This document shows, piece after piece, positions 32,100 through 44,435 of a stretch of 64,000 nt of DNA. The position numbers and the translations under genes were made by a program. The stretch covers positions 186,001-250,000 of the forward strand of contig JAQGDQ010000314.1 of the NCBI GenBank assembly GCA_030141605.1. Reading direction: 5' to 3'. Under the pieces are notes generated by a model that was not told where the DNA came from, did no database searches, and saw only the letters and a program-made list of their open reading frames with translations. The DNA comes from Tubiluchus corallicola. Lineage: Eukaryota; Animalia; Priapulida. Position 1 is the first letter of the stretch. Each line of letters begins with the position of its first letter.

Positions 32100-33650
32100 T
32101 TAATTCATAACATTTATCTGCCAAAAGCAAAAGAAATGCACCGCATGGAAATCAGTTTACGATCATAAGATGGATGATATTCTTAATGACGGTTCTGTTA
32201 ACAAAAGGTGAGCAAAAATCAGTTTCAGGATATGCAAGCTTCATTTAACAGAAAATGTTATTATTTCTCAGTTTTCAGATCATAAAGATATTTTAAAGTG
32301 TTCCATTTCTTGGTTGTCATCTTTACCTTATGCTTATGGACTGCCTAAAATTCATAAGCCCAGGAAACCTACAATTATTTCCAATTGTGGTTCACCATGT
32401 TATACTAGGTAGGTTATTCAAATTCTTGGCTAAACACTGATCAGACAAAGTTGCTAGGTAGCTTTTCGGGTGCACACCTGGGACATAATTTAGATGTTAT
32501 TGACAAACTTCGTAATGTAGTGCCAATAAAGTGGAATGATAAATAAAGATTTCTTTTAATGTTCAGTTACTCTTACAAATGTTTCTTCGGAACCCACATT
32601 TAACTTTCTTCGGAGAATATTGTCAACTCTAGACTTTCATCTTCTTTTTCTAGTGAACGCTTTCTAAAACACGTGGAACTGGGTTGCGTGAGTTCTTTTT
32701 TTCAATTTTGGAAAAACTTTTATAAGCAAACATTTGTAGGCCGTAGGAAACCCCTTGACCCTTGTTCTTGCATATTTATTTCGGGAACATGTTGAAAGTA
32801 CGACCAAAAATTTCGTAACGTTATGTAGATGATAGTTTGTGGTTAATTTCTACCGACTTTAATAGCCATTTGTTTTTCAACTGCTTGTAATCTTTGTACC
32901 AACCCGTAACTTTACTTCTGAAGTTGAACAGAATAAAAAACACCGTTTTAGACGTACATATTCATAAACATTATGCACATTCAACGTTTTCAGTTTATCA
33001 GAAAAATACTAATGCTGAAACTTACCTTCACTCTTTCTGTTATACAGCAATTAATCTTAAATTCTCTGTTGGCTTGATTTATTTTTGAGAGCTATACGAA
33101 TTTGCAATAAAAAAATTTTTACCAGAAGAGATGAGTCATATTTTTATTACTTTGAAAAATCTATCTCATCCGGATCACGCTCTGAGTAAGGCTAGAAGTC
33201 AACATTTTGCTTGGTTTCCAGAAGTAAACAATTCTTTACCTCGAAATGCTGTATCACAGAAATTTCCCATTGTTTCCATGTAACAGTACAAACCGCACCT
33301 TACGCAGTTAATACTAGGTTGGTTTAATATAAATATGACTCAAAATTGATTTCTTTCAAAATAATTCTTACGATTTTAAAAATGTGGTGTTTACAAAACT
33401 AAGCTAAACTTGTGACAAACTTTATTTTGAGGAAATCGATAGAAATTTAGAAGTGCGATATAAAGAAGGCATACGCTTACAAAAACCTAAGTGCTTTGGC
33501 TATCCTTGTCACAGAAACAATTCACAACTTTAATAGAACAAAAAATGTTTATCCGGGTAGAAACATAACTAAAAAGCACATAGTAATTGTAAAAAATGCA
33601 AACTTGGCTTTAAGCCAAAATTTTTGCTGCACAGAACATATTTTAAAATA
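32100..33650 (+). mobile_element. Degenerate Penelope-like retroelement (RT + GIY-YIG endonuclease) remnant
   Basis: Broken reading frames with motifs in the expected order: YGLPKIHKP (32335), GNPL (~32745), RYVDD (32819), LDV and FSVYQKNT (~32947-33010), and GIY-YIG-like CGVYK..CDKLY..E..RNL..R.KE (~33385-33470). Boundaries approximate. Confidence 0.8.
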
Positions 33651-35505
33651 AAAATTTAATAAAATTTATTACGGTGCTTCTTTATGAAATTGGCCTCGTT
33701 ATAAAAAGATTTTAAGAATGTTATGTACAGTAAGCCTACTAATTAAAGCAGCTAAAATACTAATCCATTGTTTAACCAAGAGATGTCGTGCTTGGGTAGT
33801 CGTATTATAAAATAGACCTTTAACCCCCCCCCCCCCAACTACCAACTAACTTCTCTCGGGCCTATTGATCTGAGGAGAATTGAAAAACTTGTGGTCTAGC
33901 CATCTAACTGGTCTTATAGCCCTCAACAGACATTAAGCGACCATTATAATGATAGTACACAAAAACAGTGGCAACAATATTTTTTGCCAATTGCTCAGCA
34001 ACATATCACAAAAAATAAGTGCTATCTTTTAATCTACCAACTTATTTTTAGGAAATAGTAGATCTACAAGGTTGTCAGACTTAATGTGAGTAATAAACAT
34101 ATTTATATTAGCCACTACAACACGGTATGGTGTAATGATCATAAAAGCTATAATTACGAGATACAAATGTACTCGAATATATTGCCGTACATCCGGCTTG
34201 CGCAAAAAGGTTATAATTAAACCCATTTTCCAAAATTTTGCTATTTTTTGATATTTTTTCATTATGAGTTAAAAATGTGAAATGTAGGTGTATGCATGGT
34301 CCTACTGAATAACTGAAAGTGCCAACTTTCTTCTCCGCATTAAGATATCAAATTTAAATACCTTTACTAAATCAAAAACAAAACTAATACATACTGACTT
34401 TTTTGAAGACCGTATAAAGTGAAAATTCTTAATAGACCTAGATAACATTAAACAAAAAATAAGAAAGCTAATATAGATATAATCACCTCTGCAAGCTCAC
34501 AAATTTATAAGCAATAAAATAAAGTTATAATAATGTGTTTTAACAATACAACGTAAAATAACATTTAGCGATGCATATTAACTAATAAGTGAATCTGCTA
34601 GAACTCCAAAGAGTTCTTTCCCAATACATTAATCCTTGCAGTTCGTTATACCCTATCCCATGCATTTAAAATATGCCATACATTTTTAAGTTTCTGCTTT
34701 GCATTCGTATACATATATAAAATCGCTATAATATAGATCTATAATAGTTTATTCAAGTACACTGCATTCCAAATTTTCTAATGATATGCAATTAGAAGTT
34801 TAGTCTAGTATGTAATGCATTGGTTCGTTCAAAAATTTTGGAGATTAGATATCCTATACATTTTTGGAAAGCTAAGGATCTGCCTCAACATATAAATTAT
34901 CTTTCCTTTTTTTTCAAAATCAGCTTGGTAGCCATCTCAAAATGACACTTTCTAAATAATGATTTTTTGTCATATATTCACTGCAAGATAAGCTCCAGTT
35001 CCAGTGGTTAGTTCTTTCCTTGTGAACTGGACAAAGCAATGTATATACATGGGCAAAAGGGCTAAGATGTTGGGGGCAGGGCGGGGCTGTACATTTTAAC
35101 AACTTTCCAGGTGGTACCCCCATCTTCGTTATGGGTTGTAACTTTGTTTTCGCAGTTTCCAATCGAATATTTGAATTCTATCAATGCATGCTATTATATC
35201 TTGGCCATTAGCAATAACCTCATACATAATTAGGTTGCCAGTATCAGTAAGCTCCAATTCATGGCTATTAGGTTTGTGTTACAGTTTTTTATGACCACAG
35301 CAGGTTTTAAAAAAACGAAAAGATACATTTTTAGATTCTCTAACGATTCCAAAAATGTATAGTTTTGCAAATCTCCAAAAAAAAAATAACGAAAATGCAT
35401 AAGGAACTGGACTAATTGTCAACATTCAAACATTTTGCATATGTATAAAATATATTATAAATTCCTGGTAATCGTAAGCTTTTGTAACGCTTATGGGATT
35501 TAGCA

Positions 35506-35912
35506 TTAAAAGCTGATACACGATGGTGTATCATTGCTGACAGCTGCATCTCCCATTAAACCATTCTTCATTTTACTCCAAGCCAACAGGTTCCCACCAC
35601 TATTATAGCAATACAAGAACAAATCTTGGATTTCTTCATTACTTAATATGTAGTCGTAAAAATTAAAGCCTGCAATCTTGCCCTGGAAAGCATTTACCAG
35701 TTGGAAACTCCTGTCACCCCAGGTTTTAGCATACTGTCCTATAAACAAAGATCTGTTTACGGGCAAGAGGTAGTCGGTTAAATATCCTGTATTCACGGAG
35801 TAAATCATCTGAGCGTCAACATGAAACTTGTAATTTCCTTCAAGATGGAACGCAGATGAAATGCCACTCATCATCCTGCACATGAACCACATTACCCGGA
35901 GTACTCACGACA
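35506..35912 (-). pseudogene. Pentraxin/LamG-like domain gene, last exon, with a frameshift
   Basis: Acceptor TGTTTCAG|T. The spliced frame reads VVSTPGNVVHVQDDEWHFICVPS* (stop 35842-35840). The pentraxin remainder (EGNYKFHVD...LFIGQ...AFQGKIAGFNFYDYILSNEEI..L..C....GNLLAW) lies in a different frame. Confidence 0.75.
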
Positions 35913-36935
35913 CTGAAACACAAAACAAAAAACTCACACAGGTTCCATTATTATTGGTGAAGATGTTTTTTTCTGTTTTTTTTTCTGTTTTCACAATTCT
36001 TAATTTAATGCTAAAAAGTGGAAGTACACTAAAAGGCTGCTATAATCGCATATATTAATTCTCTTGCTATATATATATTTATATATATATATATAAGATT
36101 CGAGGCTACAGCTCTGACGACGGCACCATTTGTGGTGATCCATACATCAAACGAATTATACAAGAATCTATATACGCACTGAAGAAAATTAAATATAGAC
36201 GGTAAAGATGGCAGTTGGAAGCGCCATCAATACTACCACTGTGGTGCAAGTTTACAGATTCAGAGCTCCCTTGGTACATAGTAGTGTGTAGTAAGTAGTA
36301 TGTTTAATTTGTCTGTGCACCCACACGTGGAAGTTAACATGAAAAAGTGACACACGCAACCAAAAGCGGTTAACATGATGTAATAATATATCGTTTTTAC
36401 CTTTTTAAAAATTTTTTTGAAAGGTTTTAGTGTAAAGCAAAAAAGACACTTATAGTTGCCGCCCTTTGTACGTGGGTTCAAATACTTGTTATTTTGCTGT
36501 TAACATTGGACAACTGGCAGAGAAAAAATATTAGAACAAATTTAGATAAAACAGAAACATGGGCATGTTGCAGTGATGCTGTATTCTAGAGTTGAAAAGA
36601 TAAAATAAATATAAGCCTATCGGGCTTTCTTCAATTAAAAAAGTGTTGTTGTAGCTTGGATCCACCTGCCTGTTTAATTTCTCACTTTAGAGAATCCTTC
36701 TTGATATTCCGACAGATTCCAATCCTGCCACACTCCATTAGCACAGTAACACACCCGTTCATTACTGGATTCCAGTATGCAGTTCCAATGTGTCAAACCT
36801 TTTTGAAAAAAGTAATGGTATGGGATGCCTGTGTCACACAACAACTGCACTGAGGACCTATACAACTTTTGCTAGTTTGTTTGATGTATTATTATAGTCA
36901 TTTCTAAACTCAGTTATAAAAGAAGCATGCCTTAC

Positions 36936-37182
36936 TCTTTATAATACCCTCGATCATCTTCAAAAACAAGGTGTAGTTGAAAATTTGAAAATCTGAAGTT
37001 AATGGTATCGTTGCCATTGTTCCAAGTCCAGAGCTGATGCTGGGCATAGCTTCCTGATCCAACCGTTGTCTTCAACCAACCACAAAATGAAAATGCTGAG
37101 GTTAAGTCGTTAGAAAAAATGCCATCTATCTGAATGTAGTCAGTTGTGCTCGGTGTAGGAAACTCCACTTCGTAGCATTCGT
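36936..37182 (-). pseudogene. Pentraxin-like domain gene, upstream exon
   Basis: CATTTTAG|AC...GA|GTAAGG. Reads ECYEVEFPTPSTTDYIQI...LTSAFSFCGWLKT, the pentraxin N-terminal FP....DY / F[TS].C.W pattern. Its phase-2 end matches the next exon. Confidence 0.72.
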
Positions 37183-37846
37183 CTAAAATGATCGTCAAAT
37201 TATTGTTGCTTTCTTTTTTTAAATTAAGTCACAAGCAACCTGAATAGGCAATCTGAATATTGCTAATGACTCTCACGTGCGATTATACTTCAAAATTTTT
37301 TAGGACGGACGTTCTTCTTATTTGGTGTGGTAGATTTTTTTATTATTGTTGCATGTAGTTGGCAGAATTAGTATTTTGTGTGTTTGTGCAGTGCATGTGT
37401 AGTAATTTATCTTTTTTAGTCAATTACATGGCAATTTTAATGCTGAAATAAAAGGTGAATAGAACTGAATTTAATTGAAAAAAAGCCGTTTCACAGGTTT
37501 ATCCAGCCAGCCAACATCATGCTGCTCAAACGATTTTAGTACAAAATGATTTGAAAACGTTTTCAATTTACTGGTTTTAAACCCCGTTTGGTGAAAATAT
37601 TTTGAAAACATTTAGGCTGACATGAAAACACTCAAATCGCTTTGAATGTGGTTGAAAACGGTTTAAGAAATAAACCATTTCCACGTATTCAATGTTTTTA
37701 TTTACTTTTTTAATAAATTTAATAAATTATTTAATATTGTACTGCAGGGCTGTGATGAGATGAAGTGTAATGCTGGCAGGGGAATACAGTAGAGTTCTCA
37801 GGTGTGCGTGTTAGTAAAAGCCACTAGACACGTGCATACCTGAGCT

Positions 37847-37949
37847 TATAAAAAGGGAAGGTCTGCCGTAGATCCTTGTCAGTGGTCGTGTCTTTCATCG
37901 CAGCTCTGTTCACATTTCACAGGCTTTGCCGCAAACTCCGTTCTTTTAG
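37847..37949 (+). promoter_or_regulatory. Candidate TATA + initiator promoter and short first exon, probably of Wnt7
   Basis: TATAAAA at 37847, TCAGT initiator-like motif at 37879-37883, strong donor AG|GTAAGC at 37949/37950, in a locally CpG-richer region. Confidence 0.4.
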
Positions 37950-38376
37950 GTAAGCTATTTGTAATATTTAGTAATAAATTGTCATTTCGACTTTATTATT
38001 CGGGTTCTGTTCTGGTTTGGCGTTGAGCGACTTAATTGAGACATGCCGCACGGTGTAGGCCGCGGTGCCATCCGTCCTGCCTCCGTTAAAAGCGGACAGC
38101 AGTCCAATATCTTACATATATTATAGCTTTTAATTGCTAATAATTAGTAAAGCTCAAATGATTTAATTACCATTTAATTTACAGATACTTATCATTTTTG
38201 TTGTCGTTGTAGCACATGATATTGTTTCATTTGTTCGCGTTGTTACATGTAGTTAAACGTAGAATTAATTATGATTTAGGCACAAAACAGTGCGCAGGCG
38301 CAGTATTAAACTAGAAATGATATTAAAGCAAAACCGGACGCAATCTTAAACTGTAGGTCAAAACAATCAACTCTTT

Positions 38377-38793
38377 AAAATATTGAAAGGAAACTATTTT
38401 TTCAAAAATGACATACGTGAAAGAATTAATACCACACAAACGCAATTTCACCTTCGCGCCATTAGTTCTTCGCTATTATATGCATTTCGTCATTCGCTAG
38501 TTAGACGGACACTAGCGCCTACATTTCGGAAACACATTGCACAAAAACAGGTGCTGTACTTTTCAGTTCAGATGAGTTAGCTTCTGACGAACTACACACG
38601 TTGGACAGCTCATGCATGAGCACAGCGGTAAATTTGATATTTGAATTTTTATCTTAAAACGTGCCTAGTTTTAGTGCAACACACTGAATATCTTATAGTA
38701 GTGCTGTACTTTAATTTTCGCTTTCACAAACACGTGCAACACGCTCGTGGAATATTTTTGCTGTTGAAAAATATGTTAGTTTGTGATGTCATC
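38377..38793 (+). repeat. Dispersed ~420 bp repeat, copy 1 (copy 2 at 63202-63616)
   Basis: Colinear shared blocks: TACGTGAAAGAATTA, TTGCACAAAAACA, TTTCAGTTCAGA, GTACTTTAATTTTCGCTTTCA, TGTGATGTCATCA. Confidence 0.8.
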
Positions 38794-40270
38794 AATAGTC
38801 GGGCTCGCCCGCCGTAAATTCAGTTTGAATTTAACATGCGTTTGAATGGTCATGAATGTGGTTTATAACAATACATTGTAACTAACGAATTGGCTGCGTG
38901 ACCCAGTTGAACTTCGGAAGAAAATGTCAAGGCTTACTACGGACCACTACGGATCTAGCTGTTGGCAAATATGCATGTTGCTCACGTTATTCTTATGAAA
39001 CGACAATATATAATCTCTGATTAAATAAACCCAACGAATGAGAATTGTTCTAAAATAAAGTTTGCGTTGGAATAATTATTGTTTTTTATAATTTCCATTT
39101 TTTGACAGAACTTTTGCTATTTTCAGAACCTGATTCACGAAAAAGGTAAAAAAAGAAACAAATATTCTTGGATGATGTCCAGTGGTTGGTAAAGACGAAA
39201 CAACTATTGTCCAAGTAGAATAAATCTATGACAATAATTGCACCTAACCAAACGGGGTGAATTGGCTAGTTCCGAGACAACATAACCTCTACAGCAACCA
39301 TTCACGAATGGTATTCAGATATTATGCTGATTCTTGTTATTATCGAGGCAAATTTATGAAAAACATCCTCATTCTAATACTGAGTACCACATTTTTAATT
39401 GTTTATTCTTGTATAGCAGGATTAAACTTATATAGTAGGAGTTTGTGTGTTGACAGTCACATGCCAGTTGCCTGGAGAAGTGATACACTGTACAAATTGT
39501 AACAACAAAATAAGTACCAATTAGTGATGTAAAACAGATAGTTTAAGAATAACTAGTTTTTTACGCCTAGTCTTTATTTACTATCACGTTACTACAAGAG
39601 GCTATAGCATAAGTGAACATATAATCGCTAACAGCACTATTATAATACTTACCTTCTATGTAAGTAGCATTATGTAAAGTGAAGACTTTCTGTTGTGCCT
39701 AAAAATAATGTAGTATGATTATTTATAAATACTTATAAATGATTTATATATTTGCGTTTATATTTTATATATGTAGACATGTTTTTATAAAGTCAAAGTT
39801 GACAAACCAAAATGTATATACTGTATATAAATATATATGTATATAGTTATAAAACTTTGGTCACATCACAATTATTTTTTTACACTGAAGTAAAATCACG
39901 TTAAAAATAGCATTACCACTGGATTGCTATAGTAAGATCCAAACACTGAGCTGTCATTTGTTACGGCACACATATCGTAAGCTATGGCTGGAACCAAGTA
40001 ACACAGGCGTTTATCTGCTCCCGTCTCTACTTCACTGAAACTGCGGCAATTTTCGATTTGGTAGCATACGTATGTAGTTAAAAAAATCGCGCGGTGCCTC
40101 AACTTTCAACTCTTTGAAAATCAGACTATAACTGCCCTTTTCGCCTCTTCGCTGTAACCATTTCTTCACCCAAACTTTTCTAACTCTTTCTTTATTAACT
40201 TTTCTAATCGCACAATAGACAATAAAGCACGTTTGCGTGTTGGCGCCGCAATTTGACTGAAAGACTTTAA

Positions 40271-40708
40271 CCCTTTCAGTCCCAAATTATTTTTTTAATA
40301 AGAAAAATTTTTTTGGCTTGGTACTTTTGTTCCAAATGTATCCTGTGGGATACAAAACATTTTTTGTCATATGCAAAAAACAAAGTCCGACTTTTTTAAA
40401 AACACAACAAAAGCAAAAAAGTGCTTCATTTTGCGACTGCTGATAATTTTTTAAAGTATTTAAGACATTTGGTATGCATGCTATGCTGATCTGTACAAAG
40501 TCATCTCTAAAGTACTGTACCTTGCACAGTTTTTTGTGCTACGTAGATTTTTTAGTTTGCCATTTTATCACCATTTTTAGTCTATTGTTATTGGCTTAAA
40601 TCAAAATAACTATTAACAGATCAAAATAACTGTCAGTTTTAAAATTTTATTAATTTTAAAGGCAGAAAATATTCTTGTATCCCACGGGATACAACGGGTA
40701 TGATAGGG
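40271..40708. mobile_element. Non-autonomous piggyBac-like MITE (438 bp)
   Basis: TTAA on both sides (40267-40270, 40709-40712). Termini CCCTTTCAGTCCC and GGGTATGATAGGG match 10/13 when inverted. Subterminal palindromes GTATCCTGTGGGATAC (~40338) and GTATCCCACGGGATAC (~40677). Confidence 0.75.
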
Positions 40709-42890
40709 TTAAACATGCGTCAGTTTTTTTAGACTGGCAGTTTTTGCATTTGTCGGTTTTAGTTTGACAGTTTAAAAACTGATCGCGCAAACGCTTTCTA
40801 AACAGTACATCACCATCCTAACAGTTTAGTATCTCTTATAGGGATCAACTTTCTTACTTACCTAGATTCCGGTCCTACAACAATAATCTGCATTTTAAAT
40901 TAAGACATGATTGCCCCCAGCGCATCTGGGATGTGCACGAATCTCCGACTATCACAGTTCACTGATTTAGATACGTATAAAATCTGCATTATCGCAATAG
41001 ACTGACATTCTCAAAATTTAATAACTAAGCAGGCCTACGTTGTTAATTTCGTGAATCCGATTTAACATATAAAACGAACATGTTCAAAACATGGAAGGAA
41101 GTTTTACCTTCAAATTTTCAATTTTAATTTAATTACGTTTTTTAGGATCATTTTAATGAATTTGTAATTATTTTTATGCAAGTTTTTTCTTAGATTTATC
41201 TGTAATTATTTAAGTATTTGCATATGGATAATGATGATGATGATGATGATGACGATGATGATAATAATAATAAGTAGTACATAATAATCTGTAACTGATT
41301 ACTGGATCAAAACTGTCGGAGTACCAAAAGCATAAAAATATTTATTACTTTTCTGAGATGTGCCACTTTCTGCAGTCGTGCAACTCCATAAGCCAAATAG
41401 TTTTTAGCTTTCAAAAGCATATAAAAGGTACGTTTATATAATGTACCTTGTATAATGTATAGTGTAGTTTATGTTGAGCTTCGTTTAATAGGATTCACGG
41501 GGTTATGAGTGTCACAAATTGACTGTTTTCGACTGATTGGCTTCATTTATCGTTGAATATACCTATTCTACATTCCATTCTAACATTCTTATTTAGTCTA
41601 TTCAACCGATTCAAGCTAACGCCCGGACAAAAATTTTCAACGCCCGAGCTGACTATTGTTATGGTATAATATTTGTAGGGAAAAGTTTAGCTGAGTTGTT
41701 GGCTTTGTATCGCGGCGCCATCTCTTGGTTGTTACGCCAATTGTTTGAACCTTTGCCCAGCAACCAACAATATCATTAATTTCGCCGCTGCTGCTTTCTG
41801 TGAAACGTCCTCACTGCTTTTACACTGCCTTTATCCTCCTAAAAGCCACAGCAGTCACAGCGATTCCATGCATTCTCACTTTGTGCAAATACCTTTACAC
41901 AAATATTTTGCTTCTGCGTGTATAGAAGGTAAACTCTACTTTTCTGGATTCCTGAAAATGGGAGGGTTCACCCTTTGTAGAGTACAAAAATGGTCATTTG
42001 TATACGAGTATTTTGCCGCTGTTTAAAAATAATCAAATCTTGATGCAGCAGACACCATGCCTTAAATTAACCATGGCAAAAGAAATATCTTTCGAATATT
42101 ATTTTGCTGTTGCAGATGGAAAAAGTCTTAGGATGTAGGCTACATTTTTGTCCTATTATAACAAATCTTTAAAGACAAGACCCTGGTCACTTAATCTATG
42201 GTCTCCTGCATTCTCGCGACACTCATTTAACTTATTTCACAGTAATGGGTGTAACACAGTAGTGTATGTTAACGCATTTAGGCGAAGACTTTAGGATTAC
42301 CCCAAACGTTTTGACATTTGTATCCTTCTTGTGAGGCCAGATCAATAAAAAATAAGCCACTTTATGCGCTGACTTACTGGTCCGCTCGAATTATGACCTT
42401 CCATGGAAATGATATTTTGGTGACCTTTGACCTTTATCATGCTCAGGTTCAATCACATTCACTTTTCTGTTCATTTGGCAAATTACAGAGCTTGTGACAA
42501 ATTTTCAGATTATGACATTGAAGTGACCTTTCTGGGCTCTTTAATTCTGGACCCATGGTTAGTTGGAAAATATACACGTGCAGTTATTCACAGTGTTAAT
42601 GACCATGCCAAAACATCATTCAAACTGAAAAGTAACAGTTCTACAAAACTACAACGATGATGAGAGCGATGATGGCAACAGCAACAAATATATTAAATCA
42701 GTAATGCTGTGCAGTGCAAAAACTTAGATATGCATTGAAAAAAATAATCTTAGGTAGGAAAATTTTGGGCTGAAAAATTTATTTTTCTTTGCAAAACGAT
42801 TTACGAGCGAAAAGCAAAACATAATTATCTTGTAAGAAATGGAATAAAATTGTTGAAACTCAGATAAAGAAGCAAGGAAAAGGTAAAGAA

Positions 42891-43040
<150 letters not shown>

Positions 43041-43577
43041 AATAGAACAGAAAGAGAAAGCAAAAAAAGAAAGGAAGGGAGAAAGCAAAACGACGGAAAA
43101 GAAAGAAAGTAGTAAAAAGAATAAAAATTAGAAGATGAAATAAAGAAAGAAGGGAAAAACAAAGAAAGGAAGCAGCCAAAAACAATGAAGGAAGTAAGTG
43201 GACAGGAAGGAAGGAAAAGCAAGTAAACAAGGAAAAGAGAAATAAAGAGAAAAGAGAGAAAGAAAAGAGATAAAAAACGCTTAGAAAAGCAAGCAAGCTT
43301 GAACGAGTGGGATTAAAAATGACTAGTTGTATCCAACAACAATTTTTAATAAAACAGATCAGGAAAAGTACACAAATCACATTAAACATAAGCGAACAAG
43401 CCAGCAAGCAAACAAACAAACAAAAATAGAAAACAAATTCAACCAAAAAGTGAATAGTTGGCTCCAGACTGGCTGGGAGAAGCGCATTGTTAGCGATGAA
43501 ATAGGAAATACAATTGTTTGAACAAAAACTGAAAAACACCCAATGTCACACAAATCGCAGTTTCGTGAAGTAAATAT

Positions 43578-43681
43578 CTTTACAAACGTGTTTCGGTGCT
43601 GAAGAATTTAAAAGAACATTACTTTTACACTTTACAAACGTGCTTCGGTGCTGAAGAATTTAAAAGAACATTACTTTTACA
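43578..43681. repeat. Two-copy 52 bp tandem duplication
   Basis: CTTTACAAACGTG[T/C]TTCGGTGCTGAAGAATTTAAAAGAACATTACTTTTACA repeated with one mismatch. Confidence 0.9.
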
Positions 43682-44369
43682 ATTAAAAGAAATTAAAATT
43701 AGTTACAGTATAGCTTAATAAATGATTTTAACAATTTTAGTAGAATGATAGATTGGTTTGCTTCCCAATTTAACGCATAGTCTGACACAGAAAGCTGCAA
43801 TTACTAAAATATCTTTGTCGCAAATACACCAACTCACCTATACAAATACCGACTTGCGGGCGGAGCCTAGTCAAGTGTCCGCCAATCAGCAGACGTAGGG
43901 AAACTTCTTAGGATCACCGCCACCATAGTTGCTCTTCTGACCATATTTTGCCGAAATTTTATCCTTCTGCCTGGTATCCCGCTGAGAGAGGGACTACACA
44001 CGCGTGCGGAATCAGGAAATCTTATTTGCTGACCAAGATTTGTTTACTATTTACTAATCATTATCAGTGTATCAGCGATTTTGATAGGCTAACACTTGAA
44101 CTTGTTGAATTCGAGTCGAATTATTGCGTTTCTAAAAAGGATATCCTTTTTTGTGCTCATTTATTCGTATATTAGTAAACCGATCTCAGCATAAAAACTG
44201 AGAATAAATAGAAAAAAGTGTTTATTGTGTACATCTTGTTGTTCAAAATAACAAATGCTCGAAATAGAAAAGGCGTGACAGTGTTAAGGAAACTAGTGTT
44301 GTGGAGAGAAAAATTTTGCTTTTTAATGCAAAAATGCTTCTTTTTTCGACTAAAGTGTTTTAAACATAT

Positions 44370-44435
44370 ACATGTGAACACAGTGATAATGCGCGGGGTC
44401 CCGCAGGGACACATCCTGCGTCCATTTCTGTTTGA
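44370..44435 (+). mobile_element. Tiny non-LTR retrotransposon RT fragment (CR1/L2-like)
   Basis: Translates RGVPQGHILRPFLF, close to the GVPQGSILGPLLF RT motif. No flanking RT sequence recognised. Confidence 0.55.

Noticed and set aside
43855-43895. GC box plus CCAAT box inside the Wnt7 region
   Set aside because: No associated exon or donor identified; common motifs alone are insufficient.
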